A stretch of 59,260 bases of DNA, taken from Dehalococcoidia bacterium. Its GTDB lineage: Bacteria > Chloroflexota > Dehalococcoidia > DSTF01 > JALHUB01. The stretch lies in the NCBI GenBank assembly GCA_034420175.1, contig DAOULP010000225.1, forward strand, positions 1 to 59,260. Direction: 5' to 3'. The number at the start of each line of letters is the position of its first letter. Position 1 is the first letter of the stretch. The translations under genes and the position numbers were made by a program. Shown one piece after another: positions 10,096 to 18,415 of this stretch. The notes under the pieces were generated by a model. It saw nothing but the letters and a program-made list of their open reading frames with translations, had not been told where the DNA came from and made no database searches.

Positions 10096-10953
10096 CTACT
10101 GAGCAGCGGAGGCCGACGCTTGGGGCGGGTAGAGGACCAGCTTGCTGCCGTGTGAGGGGTCGGGGCCTACTTCGGCCATCGCTTGGGCCACTGCCTCCGC
10201 CGGCGTCATGTTCTCGACCAGCAGGTGTCGGAGCAGGTGCTCGGTGGCGGCGTCGGTGTGGTCCGCCGACACGCCGCCGTCCCAGCCGATGACCGTCCCC
10301 GCGCCCTTGTCGACGAAGGCGCTGGCGGCCGTGTCGGACTTGAGCACGTCGCAACCCATCACAATGACGGTGGCGCTGTCGAAGTCGCCCTTCATGCTGG
10401 ATCTGATGAAGCCCCCGCCAATCCCGAAGAGGAAGTCCGGGTCGTCTTCGGAGTAGTGGACGCCGGCCACGTTCGCCGCCATCTGATCCTCGACATGCTT
10501 CCTTCCGTCATATGGCTCCGCGGTGAAGAGGAACGGCTTGTCCGTGGACGTGCGGCCGCCGCCCTCATGGAGTATGCCCGCCGAGTGTACCCTCAGGACG
10601 AGGTAGTCGTAGCCGTGGGTTGGAAGATCTCGGTAGAAGTCTACCGTCACCTCCTCGCCGGGGTAGTAGTCCACCGTGTAGCCGGCCTCCTCCAGCGTGT
10701 CCGTGGCTGATTGGACGAAGTCCGGATTGGGATAGGTCAGGGCCAACTGGTCCACGATCGCCGCGCTGGGAGGGCCAGGGGCTTCACTCGACCGGGAGCC
10801 GAGGAGGATCAGCGGCACAGCGACGGCGGCCACGACGACCGCGAGGAGGGCGGCAAGCATCGCCCTCCAGCGCGGGCCACGTCGAGAGGCCGCCGGAGTG
10901 GGACGGGGCGCCACCCCCTTGGAGCGGCGCCCCCTTCTCTTCTCTCTACTCAC
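10096..10953 (-). CDS. Membrane-anchored exported protein, putative caspase/CHAT-fold (clan CD-like) His-Cys peptidase; start may be 10860
   Basis: N-terminal TM helix, then LVLRVHS and VIVMGC (beta-strand followed by His, and beta-strand followed by Cys). Fold assignment is inference. Confidence 0.6.
   Translation of the reverse strand: MSREKRRGRRSKGVAPRPTPAASRRGPRWRAMLAALLAVVVAAVAVPLILLGSRSSEAPGPPSAAIVDQLALTYPNPDFVQSATDTLEEAGYTVDYYPGEEVTVDFYRDLPTHGYDYLVLRVHSAGILHEGGGRTSTDKPFLFTAEPYDGRKHVEDQMAANVAGVHYSEDDPDFLFGIGGGFIRSSMKGDFDSATVIVMGCDVLKSDTAASAFVDKGAGTVIGWDGGVSADHTDAATEHLLRHLLVENMTPAEAVAQAMAEVGPDPSHGSKLVLYPPQASASAAQ
10905..10933. terminator. Conserved GC-rich hairpin 39 nt downstream of the first VGG-tail gene
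   Basis: GGGGCGCC...GGCGCCCC stem; near-identical to 12656-12682. No U-tract on the minus strand, so terminator function is uncertain. Confidence 0.45.
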
Positions 10954-10971
10954 GAAATGTATCGGCTGCGC

Positions 10972-11997
10972 CTACCGAAGCCATCGCCTCCTAGTGTACC
11001 AGGCGCCCGCCGTCATAGCGATCGCCGCAGCGGCCAGCCCGGCGGCCAGCCCAGCGTAGGCGCCGGTCGACCAGCCGGAGCCGTCAGCGGGCGTACCGGA
11101 CTGCGCCGAGACGTCCGCCCCCGGCGCGAGCTCCGCCACGCCTCCGACCTTGGCGGGGAAACCGCACGGGACGCCCGAGGACCCAGCGGGTGGAACCTCG
11201 TGGGCTAGCTTGTCCTGGATGATGACATCGGGGCCGTCTTTCACGGTGTAGAGCGCGACAATGCTGCCGCCTACGTTGTCCCCTGTGGTGTTGATTGTGA
11301 CTGCGCGGGCACCGCCTGGGGACAAGTCGAATGGAGCCGGCGCCACCCAATCCCACGTGTTGAACGAATCCAGCGCCACAAATGAGAGCAGCGACGGATC
11401 CGATCCTATCTTGAGTTCGCCCACCGTCAGGGTATGTACGGGATCATCGTTCCACAGCCACAACTCGTGTCCGTACTCGCCAGGCTTGTTGGGATCAGCC
11501 GCCGGATCGCAGATAGCCCAACCGTGGTCGGGCCCGGCGTCACTGGGGTCCTGGCCTTCATGGGTCCACTCGATCCCATACTCCCGCTTGGTGTTGAAGG
11601 CGGTCAGCGTCCATTCGAAGTAGAAGGTCAGAGATCCGCCGTCGGGGATGATGAAGTTGTCGCACGTGACATCAACGGCGTGCATGCCATTGTCGCCGTT
11701 CGCATGGGGATTCCCGATGCCCGGGAGGCTCTCGTCAGGCTGGTCGCCTCGCACCCCCACACAGTCCGTCAAGGGCGGCACCTCTCCAGTGATGGCCCAG
11801 CCAACCACTTCGATGGAATCCTCTTTCTGCCAGAACTTGATGTGGAAATCGGTGGCCGTGATGCCAGTCGTGTTCTGGTATGTGACTATCTCTCTCTGCG
11901 TATAAGGACTGTCTGCCGCTGCCGGGCCGGCAGCCTGAGAAGCCAGCGCCAGAGTGGCAACCATTGCGGCCAGCGCTGTCAGAACCACCCACCTCAT
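10972..11997 (-). CDS. Secreted/surface protein with C-terminal VGGVAEL-TM-WYTRRR tail
   Basis: GGGAGG RBS; signal peptide MRWVVLTALAAMVATLALASQAA; C-terminal hydrophobic helix followed by RRR. Confidence 0.85.
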   Translation of the reverse strand: MRWVVLTALAAMVATLALASQAAGPAAADSPYTQREIVTYQNTTGITATDFHIKFWQKEDSIEVVGWAITGEVPPLTDCVGVRGDQPDESLPGIGNPHANGDNGMHAVDVTCDNFIIPDGGSLTFYFEWTLTAFNTKREYGIEWTHEGQDPSDAGPDHGWAICDPAADPNKPGEYGHELWLWNDDPVHTLTVGELKIGSDPSLLSFVALDSFNTWDWVAPAPFDLSPGGARAVTINTTGDNVGGSIVALYTVKDGPDVIIQDKLAHEVPPAGSSGVPCGFPAKVGGVAELAPGADVSAQSGTPADGSGWSTGAYAGLAAGLAAAAIAMTAGAWYTRRRWLR

Positions 11998-12386
11998 AGC
12001 TGCACCTCCCTCGTGCAGTACGTGGGACCGACCGCCGGTCCCTGGATAGCCGCCTCCTTCTGTTGCCTGTCCCACCGGGCTCCCGACCTCGCGCTCACGG
12101 CCACCCGGTGAGATCATTCCCTTCCCTCTCTGTTGCCTCTACGCCCTCCCCCTTTGCCGGGCAGGTCAACAACGTGGCGGCCTAAGCCACGTGCTCCAAC
12201 CCGGGGCATGCCTGACGCCCCAACCGCTGTCTGCTCGCGCGGTCGCCGCAAACAGCGAGCAAGTCGGGGTCGGACCGGAAGCCGGCACTCTCATGCCAGC
12301 AATCCCGCAGACACAGCCATTGCCGTAGGACGCCTGCTACTGGGCGAGGCCAACGCGTAGTGGGGTGTGATGCCACCAGCGAGGCC

Positions 12387-12415
12387 TATTTACATCGGCT
12401 GGTGGCGCTTGTCAA
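12387..12415 (-). promoter_or_regulatory. sigma70-like promoter upstream of 10972..11997
   Basis: Minus strand reads TTGACA-N17-TAAATA (plus strand TGTCAA 12410-15, TATTTA 12387-92). Confidence 0.55.
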
Positions 12416-12447
12416 GCCCCTTCGGGATAAAAGTTTTCAGTAAGGAG

Positions 12448-12514
12448 AGGAGCGGCCGGCGTCGCGGCGCTGTGGTGCGCCCCGTGGAGAGTCCTAGCGC
12501 GGAAGTGCGCGGCC
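12448..12514 (+). repeat. 67-bp direct repeat, copy 1
   Basis: AGGAGCGGCYGGCGTCKCGGCGCTGTGGTGCGCCCCGTGGAGAGTCCTAGCGCGGAAGTGCGCGGCC; 2 mismatches to 14149-14215. Confidence 0.95.
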
Positions 12515-12655
12515 TCTAAGGGCCTGGCCCTTACGATGGTGGCTCGTCGCGAGGGGACCAATCCACCCCGTCGGCGGCTGATGGCGCGGAGCGCACCAGC
12601 GACAGCCGAGCGCCGCTGCGGCCATCGATGGCAGCGAGGAAGGCGAGGATGGGGA

Positions 12656-12682
12656 GGGCGCCACCCTCCCGGAGCGGCGCCC
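12656..12682. terminator. Conserved hairpin downstream of the second VGG-tail gene
   Basis: GGGCGCC...GGCGCCC; homologous to 10905-10933 and at a similar distance from the stop codon. Confidence 0.45.
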
Positions 12683-12722
12683 CCCTTCTTCACTTTCCAC
12701 TGACGGAACCTGTCTGCTGCGC

Positions 12723-13727
12723 CTACCGGTGCGATCGCCTCCTGGCGTACCAGCCGCCTGCGCTGAGCGCGAGCAGAACTGTGGCGAGAACGGCTGCCAG
12801 CCCGGCGGAGGTGCCTGTCGACCAGCCGGACCCGTCAGACGCGGACTCCTGCGCCGATGTCTCCGGCCCCGGTGCCAGCTCCGCTATGCCGCCGACCGCC
12901 GCCGCATTCTCCGCGGGCCGTATGCCGTGCGCTGTGGCTCCGGCCGCTGTCATCACAACAGTCCCCTTCGTCCTCGGTGACTGGCAGGTGATGCCGGGAA
13001 AGAAGTTGCTCGTGAGCCCCGCGGCCTCCACAACCACGTGACCCGGCGGGTCATCGAGCGGGTTGGCGGTGTGGCACCAGTTCTCGCCGGTGGCCTGGAA
13101 GAGAAACGGGTCGCGCCCCTCCAGGTGCCAGTCAAGCACCATAACCATATTCGGCGGGTCGACCTGCCTGAATGTCAAGATAGGCTCCACGGGGAGCAGG
13201 ACGTCGAATGTGCCGCCGTCGGCAAACTCATGCCGGATGGTCATGGTCCCCTGCTGCTGCACCGGGTCTGGACCCTCGAGCACCTGAACGGTCAGGTCCC
13301 ACGCCTCGGGGTCTAGACCCCCGTTCTCTGTGACGGTTATGGGGTCTACGCTCTTGAGCTCCAGCCGGACCATCTCGATGTCAATGGTGTCGGGGAAGGC
13401 GGGCCCTGCGTCCTGCAGCCGCTCGACAATGGTGTCCGTTGGAAACAGCCCGGAGAAGGCCCCGAATGAATCGAACGGCACCCCTTCCAGGGCGACTGTG
13501 CCGTCGAACGGGTCGGAGCCGGGGCCGAAGAAGTCGGCAGGTATGGGATCACCCGACAAATCCATGTAGGTCACACTGCTATCCGTCTCCAGGAGGTCAT
13601 GCCCCGCCTGCACCACATCTGGTGAGGCCGTCGCCGTGTTCGCGCCGCGGGCCACGAAGGCCAGGGCTACGACCGCTGCCGTCAAGATCAGCGAGGCCAG
13701 CCCTCTGCAACCCCATCTGCTCTTCAT
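12723..13727 (-). CDS. Secreted/surface protein with C-terminal VGGIAEL-TM-WYARRR tail
   Basis: AAAGGAG RBS before MKSRWG; signal peptide; acidic beta-rich body; tail homologous to that of 10972..11997. Confidence 0.85.
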   Translation of the reverse strand: MKSRWGCRGLASLILTAAVVALAFVARGANTATASPDVVQAGHDLLETDSSVTYMDLSGDPIPADFFGPGSDPFDGTVALEGVPFDSFGAFSGLFPTDTIVERLQDAGPAFPDTIDIEMVRLELKSVDPITVTENGGLDPEAWDLTVQVLEGPDPVQQQGTMTIRHEFADGGTFDVLLPVEPILTFRQVDPPNMVMVLDWHLEGRDPFLFQATGENWCHTANPLDDPPGHVVVEAAGLTSNFFPGITCQSPRTKGTVVMTAAGATAHGIRPAENAAAVGGIAELAPGPETSAQESASDGSGWSTGTSAGLAAVLATVLLALSAGGWYARRRSHR

Positions 13728-14148
13728 GTCAAGCTCCTTTCCACCGGGAACGCACTGCGGCTGGTCATTCATCTGGGACGACCAACCCTGCTCGCCAGGC
13801 GGCCCGGCGGAATCACCCTCCCCCGGCAGCCGCCATATGCCAAGATCGAAGGAGCTTCGCGGCTCCCTCACGCTAATCGAAGGTGGGGCGGGGACGACCA
13901 ATGATCAGAAGTGCTATGCCACCAGACTACTCATGTTCTCGCGGATTCCCGTTGCCTGTCAAGCCGGCGCAGCGGCAGCGGCATATCGACCAACTGCTGC
14001 GGCGCCTCTTGGACACCGCAGAGCGGCCCACAGCAAGAGGCGTCTAGAGGGTTGGGCGGCACCACTCATGAGGCAGCAGCTCTCCGTTCGGTAACACTTG
14101 CTCATGAGGCCTGGCGGTCCCTTCGGTCCAAAAGCTCTCAGTCGGGAA

Positions 14149-14215
14149 AGGAGCGGCTGGCGTCTCGGCGCTGTGGTGCGCCCCGTGGAGAGTCCTAGCG
14201 CGGAAGTGCGCGGCC
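14149..14215 (+). repeat. 67-bp direct repeat, copy 2
   Basis: Matches 12448-12514 at 65/67 positions. Confidence 0.95.
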
Positions 14216-14244
14216 CTTAACCGCCTTCGGGCTGCCGCAGCGGG

Positions 14245-15621
14245 TCACCGGCGAGGGACCGGGCGACGCTCGTCGGCGGCTGGCGCTTCAGTGCCAATCG
14301 CCCGGTAGCCTGGGTAGAGGATCGCCACACCGGCGATGAACACCGTCACGATGACGCCGGTAGCCGCGACGGTGGTCGGTGCGCCGATCGCGTCGGCGAG
14401 AGCCGTCATGGGCAGCGTCGCCAGAGGCATAAGCGACCAGCTCAGCATGTACACGCTCATGACCCGTCCATAGAAGCCCGGCTCAACCTGGGAGAAGATG
14501 AGGGAGTTGTTGAGGGTCATGTAGCTGTTGAACGTTAGACCGACGACAGCAAGCGTCGCCAGTGCCACGTAGTAGCTCGGCGCTTCGGCGAAGGCGAAGA
14601 CCCCGAGCCCGAAGGCGATCCCCAGCACCAGTTGCAGCGTGGCTTGATGGGGATAATCGCTGAAGTAGGCGATGAGGAGCGAGCCCACGATCGCTCCCAC
14701 TCCGACGAAGGCGCCCATGAGCCCGAACCCCACGGAGCCCACCTCATGGACGTCTTTGGCGAAGACGGGTAGGAGAGCGGCGTAGGACATGCCCAGCAAG
14801 ATAGGGACGAACCCCATCAGCATGAGGATGACCAGGCTGCGACGACTGGAGACGTAGCGCAGGCCAGCGCCCATCTCCTCCCACAAAGGAGCCTGCTGGT
14901 GAGCCGGCGGACCGCTCCGGGGGATTGGGAAAAGGGTCAGGCCCACGATCACGTAGAGCAGTACCATGACGTAGAAGACACCGGACATGCCGATGAAAGG
15001 CATGGCGATGAAGCCTCCCGCCAACGCCGGCCCAATGATGCGGGTGCCGTTCATGGCGGCGTTGTTGAGGGCCAGGGCGTTTGTTAGCTCCTCCTCACCG
15101 ACCAGTTCCGGCAGCAGGGCCATGCGCGCCGGGACAGCGAAGGCCCAGACCACTCCCTGACCAACGCCCAACACCACTAGCTGCCAGATGTCGATCACCC
15201 CCGTGTGGACGAGGACGGCCGTGATGAGAGCAACGACGCCCATCCCCGCCTGCACCACGATGAGCAGACTTCGCTTCTCCACGCGATCGGCCACGACGCC
15301 GGCCACGAGGGAGAGGAGCAGCATGGGCACTCCCCAGGCCACCCACACCAGCCCCAGGGCCGTTGCGGCGCCGGTCAGGTCATAAGCCAGGTATCCCCGG
15401 GCGTAGGTGTCCATCTGCATGGCCAGGAAATAGGCCAGCATGCCGGACCAGAGCCAGCGATAGGGGACTATGCGAAGCGAGGAGAAGGTCCGGCGCCAGC
15501 CGGCAGGCGGCGTTCCGGCAACCTCGGCGACCGGCTCGGGTGGGGAGATCGCGGCGTCGCTGTCCTTGCCCGCGCGCCCGCGGAGCCCATTGCCGAGTTC
15601 GGTGGTCGTGCACTCCTTCAC
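14245..15621 (-). CDS. MFS transporter (EntS/DUF894-like)
   Basis: GVVADRVEKR motif, about 12 TM segments, YGRVMSVY; same family as 7188..8444. Confidence 0.9.
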   Translation of the reverse strand: MKECTTTELGNGLRGRAGKDSDAAISPPEPVAEVAGTPPAGWRRTFSSLRIVPYRWLWSGMLAYFLAMQMDTYARGYLAYDLTGAATALGLVWVAWGVPMLLLSLVAGVVADRVEKRSLLIVVQAGMGVVALITAVLVHTGVIDIWQLVVLGVGQGVVWAFAVPARMALLPELVGEEELTNALALNNAAMNGTRIIGPALAGGFIAMPFIGMSGVFYVMVLLYVIVGLTLFPIPRSGPPAHQQAPLWEEMGAGLRYVSSRRSLVILMLMGFVPILLGMSYAALLPVFAKDVHEVGSVGFGLMGAFVGVGAIVGSLLIAYFSDYPHQATLQLVLGIAFGLGVFAFAEAPSYYVALATLAVVGLTFNSYMTLNNSLIFSQVEPGFYGRVMSVYMLSWSLMPLATLPMTALADAIGAPTTVAATGVIVTVFIAGVAILYPGYRAIGTEAPAADERRPVPRR

Positions 15622-15681
15622 GGAATCGGACCTACCTTGCCGAGAAACCGGGGTGTTGGGGGTCGAAGAGACTCGCCGAGG

Positions 15682-16926
15682 CTAGTTCACTACGCCCGTG
15701 CGGACCAGTTCCTCAATCTCGCTGTTGGCCATGCGCAGCAGCTCGCCCAGGACGTACTTGTTGTGCTCGCCCAGGCAGGGGGAGGGCCGCGGAATAGCGG
15801 CTGGGGTGTCGGAGAGGCGCCAGGGCGGCCCGAGTGCAAGCCGTGAGCCGATGACCGGGTGCTCCACCTTCTCCAGGACGCCCCGATCCCGCAGGTGCTC
15901 GTCCTGCGCAAGGGCGGCGCCGTCCAGCAGCGGCATGGCGGCCACACCCGCCCCCTGGAGAGCCTCGGCCGCTTCCTCAGCGCTGCGCCCGCGGCTCCAC
16001 GCCGAGATGATCTCGTCGAGTTCCTCCTGGCGCCGGTAGCGGCTCACGACGTCGGCGAACCGAGGGTCGTGCTCCAAGCTGCGGTTGCCCAGCACGCTGC
16101 ACAGGGCGCTCCACTCCTTGTCGGAGCCCACGGCGATGCTGATCCAGCCTTGGCCCTCCTCACCCTCGATCGAACCGTCGCCGCTGGCCTGGCAGGGGTA
16201 GCAGTTGTGCGGCGCCATGGTGCGATGGCGGTTGGCGGCGCGAGTCGGCACGCGACCGTTCATGGCGTAGTCCATGAAGACGCCGCCGATGAGCGCGCTC
16301 ACCGCCTCTGTGGAGGACACGTCGACGTTCTGTCCCTCGCCGGTCCGGTGGCGGTGGAGAAGCGCGGCCAGTACGGCCACGGCGCAGGTCGTACCCACGC
16401 GCAGATCTACCGCCCCGCTCATGGGGCTGGGGGCCCCATCCGGGTAGCCGGTGACCGATGAGGCGCCTCCCAGCGCGGCGAAGGTCGGTGCGTACCCCAC
16501 ATAGGCGCGCTCGGGCCCCGTTGCCCCGACGGCCGACGATGAGACCATGATTATGTCCGGCTTGACGGCACGCAGGTCTTCGTACCCCAGGCCCAGCTTG
16601 TCCAGCGTGCCCGGCCGCATGTTCTGGGTCACGACGTCGCTGACGCCCGCGATCCGGCGGGCGATGTCCACCGCCCGGGGCTGCTTCAGGTCCAGGCTGA
16701 CGCTGAGCTTGCCCACATTGAGGTCGCCGAAGATGACCGAGTGGTCCGGGCTCGCGAGGACGGGGCCGGCCATCAGGGATCGCACCCGCGTGTGGTCGAG
16801 ACGGCTGCGGCTCTCGACCTTGATGACCTCTGCCCCCAGCAGAGCCAGGAGGAGGGTCCCGTGAGGGCCTGCCCACGCCCACGTGAAGTCGAGAACACGG
16901 ATGCCCGTCAGCGGGCCTTGCTTCAT
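15682..16926 (-). CDS. Family III CoA-transferase (CaiB/BaiF)
   Basis: GIRVLDFTWAWAGP, GAEVIKVE, NVGKLS, D at the expected catalytic position (VDLRVG), PSPCLGEHN. Confidence 0.95.
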   Translation of the reverse strand: MKQGPLTGIRVLDFTWAWAGPHGTLLLALLGAEVIKVESRSRLDHTRVRSLMAGPVLASPDHSVIFGDLNVGKLSVSLDLKQPRAVDIARRIAGVSDVVTQNMRPGTLDKLGLGYEDLRAVKPDIIMVSSSAVGATGPERAYVGYAPTFAALGGASSVTGYPDGAPSPMSGAVDLRVGTTCAVAVLAALLHRHRTGEGQNVDVSSTEAVSALIGGVFMDYAMNGRVPTRAANRHRTMAPHNCYPCQASGDGSIEGEEGQGWISIAVGSDKEWSALCSVLGNRSLEHDPRFADVVSRYRRQEELDEIISAWSRGRSAEEAAEALQGAGVAAMPLLDGAALAQDEHLRDRGVLEKVEHPVIGSRLALGPPWRLSDTPAAIPRPSPCLGEHNKYVLGELLRMANSEIEELVRTGVVN

Positions 16927-16938
16927 CGTCTCCGTCCT

Positions 16939-18138
16939 CTAGATGACGCCCGCAGCGGACAGACGGGCCAGGTCCCGTCGCGAGTGGTCCAGCCGCGCGC
17001 AGTAGACTTCATCATTGTGCTCACCGAGCAGAGGCGCCGGTCGTTCCGCCCGCCATGGCGTCTTCGAGAACAGGTATGCGGCAGTGGGATACTCCAGGCG
17101 TCCGGCCTCGGGGTGCTCTATCTCGGCGAAGAAGCCGCGCTGTCGTGCCTGCTGCCAGGCCATCACCTCGGCGACGGTGCGCACGGGCCCCAAGGGGACG
17201 CTCCCCTGCTGTGCCCGGTGGTAGAGCTCGTCGCCGCTGAAGCCGGCTGCCCACTCCTCGATGCGGGGCTGGATCTCGTTCCGATGCTGGGAGCGGTTGA
17301 TCTCATCGCGGCAGTTCTCTTCCAGGGCCCAGGGTGGTCTGCCCATGACCTCCACGAGGCCCTTCCACTGCCCGTCCTGGGCGGCTGTGATGACGACATA
17401 CCCGTCGCGGGAACGCACCAGCCCTCCGACCATCCCTGGGCGCTTGACCGGCGTGGGGTCGTTGGCGAAACGGCTGATGTCGACCCTCTCCAGTGCCACC
17501 AGCGCCTCCTGTTCGGACACCTCGACCTGCTGGCCGCGGCTCGTCCGGAGTCGGCCGAGCACCGCTGCCAGGCTGGCGAGGGCGGCCGCCAGGCCGGCAT
17601 CGTACTCACCGACGTACCCGCCACCGATCACGGGGCCCTTCGCTGCCTCCTCCGGGTCTTGGTAGAAGAACGATGAGTGGCCGCTGCCGTGGTAGAGGTT
17701 CAGGTGATAGGCGCGCCAGTCGCGGTGGGGGCCCGACGCGCCAAAGGGCGTGATGGAGGTGATGATGAGCTTCGGGTAGGCGGCGGCCAGATCGCTGTGC
17801 CGCAGGCCCAGCGCCTCGGCACGACCCGGCGGCATGTCCTCGACGAGGATATCGGCGTGGGCGAGAAGCTCGTGCAGGAGCTGACGACCGCTCGCCGTCG
17901 CCACGTCCAGCGTGACGCCCAGCTTATTGGTGTTCAGGTAGAGGAAGTGGCCGCTCCGTTCCCCGTGAGGAAGGTCCTCCGGGAAGGGCCCCATGCGCCG
18001 GGCCGGGTCGCCACGGGTGGGCTCCTCGATCTTCAGCACCTCTGCACCCAGGTCAGCCAGGACCTTGGTGCAGTAGGGGCCGGCGATCAGGCTGCACAGC
18101 TCGATGACCCGCAGGCCCGCCAGGGCCGTTTCCGTCAC
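16939..18138 (-). CDS. Family III CoA-transferase (CaiB/BaiF), second subunit
   Basis: LAGLRVIE, GAEVLKIE, LNTNK, PAPLLGEHN. Confidence 0.95.
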   Translation of the reverse strand: MTETALAGLRVIELCSLIAGPYCTKVLADLGAEVLKIEEPTRGDPARRMGPFPEDLPHGERSGHFLYLNTNKLGVTLDVATASGRQLLHELLAHADILVEDMPPGRAEALGLRHSDLAAAYPKLIITSITPFGASGPHRDWRAYHLNLYHGSGHSSFFYQDPEEAAKGPVIGGGYVGEYDAGLAAALASLAAVLGRLRTSRGQQVEVSEQEALVALERVDISRFANDPTPVKRPGMVGGLVRSRDGYVVITAAQDGQWKGLVEVMGRPPWALEENCRDEINRSQHRNEIQPRIEEWAAGFSGDELYHRAQQGSVPLGPVRTVAEVMAWQQARQRGFFAEIEHPEAGRLEYPTAAYLFSKTPWRAERPAPLLGEHNDEVYCARLDHSRRDLARLSAAGVI

Positions 18139-18415
18139 GATGATGCCTCTTGGGTGTCTAGTTCTTCCATTGTCGGGGCCGTGACACTGCCGCCCATCCT
18201 AGGCCCCGCCTCGGGGTAGGGCAAGGGCCTTCCTTCCCTTCGTGGCAGGCCAACTGTGCTGTTTCGGAGATTCGCAGCGGGAGCGCGGCAATAGGTGGAT
18301 CCATCTGCCCCGGCGAAGGGAGCCGCTACTTGACGGAGTCAGGCGATCATCCGAAGATGCTTATCAAAGCGGACGGGACCGACCGTCCGCTGCTGACGGG
18401 CGATAGCATGAGGGG

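Noticed and set aside
10861-10953. Basic N-terminus MSREKRRGRRSKG as a real leader or Tat signal
   Set aside because: It overlaps the conserved 3' hairpin shared with 12656-12682, so it is probably non-coding read-through; ATG 10860 is an alternative start.
12515-12655. Remnant MFS C-terminus before repeat copy 1
   Set aside because: A short hydrophobic frame ending near the repeat exists, but it shows no clear similarity to the MFS at 14245.
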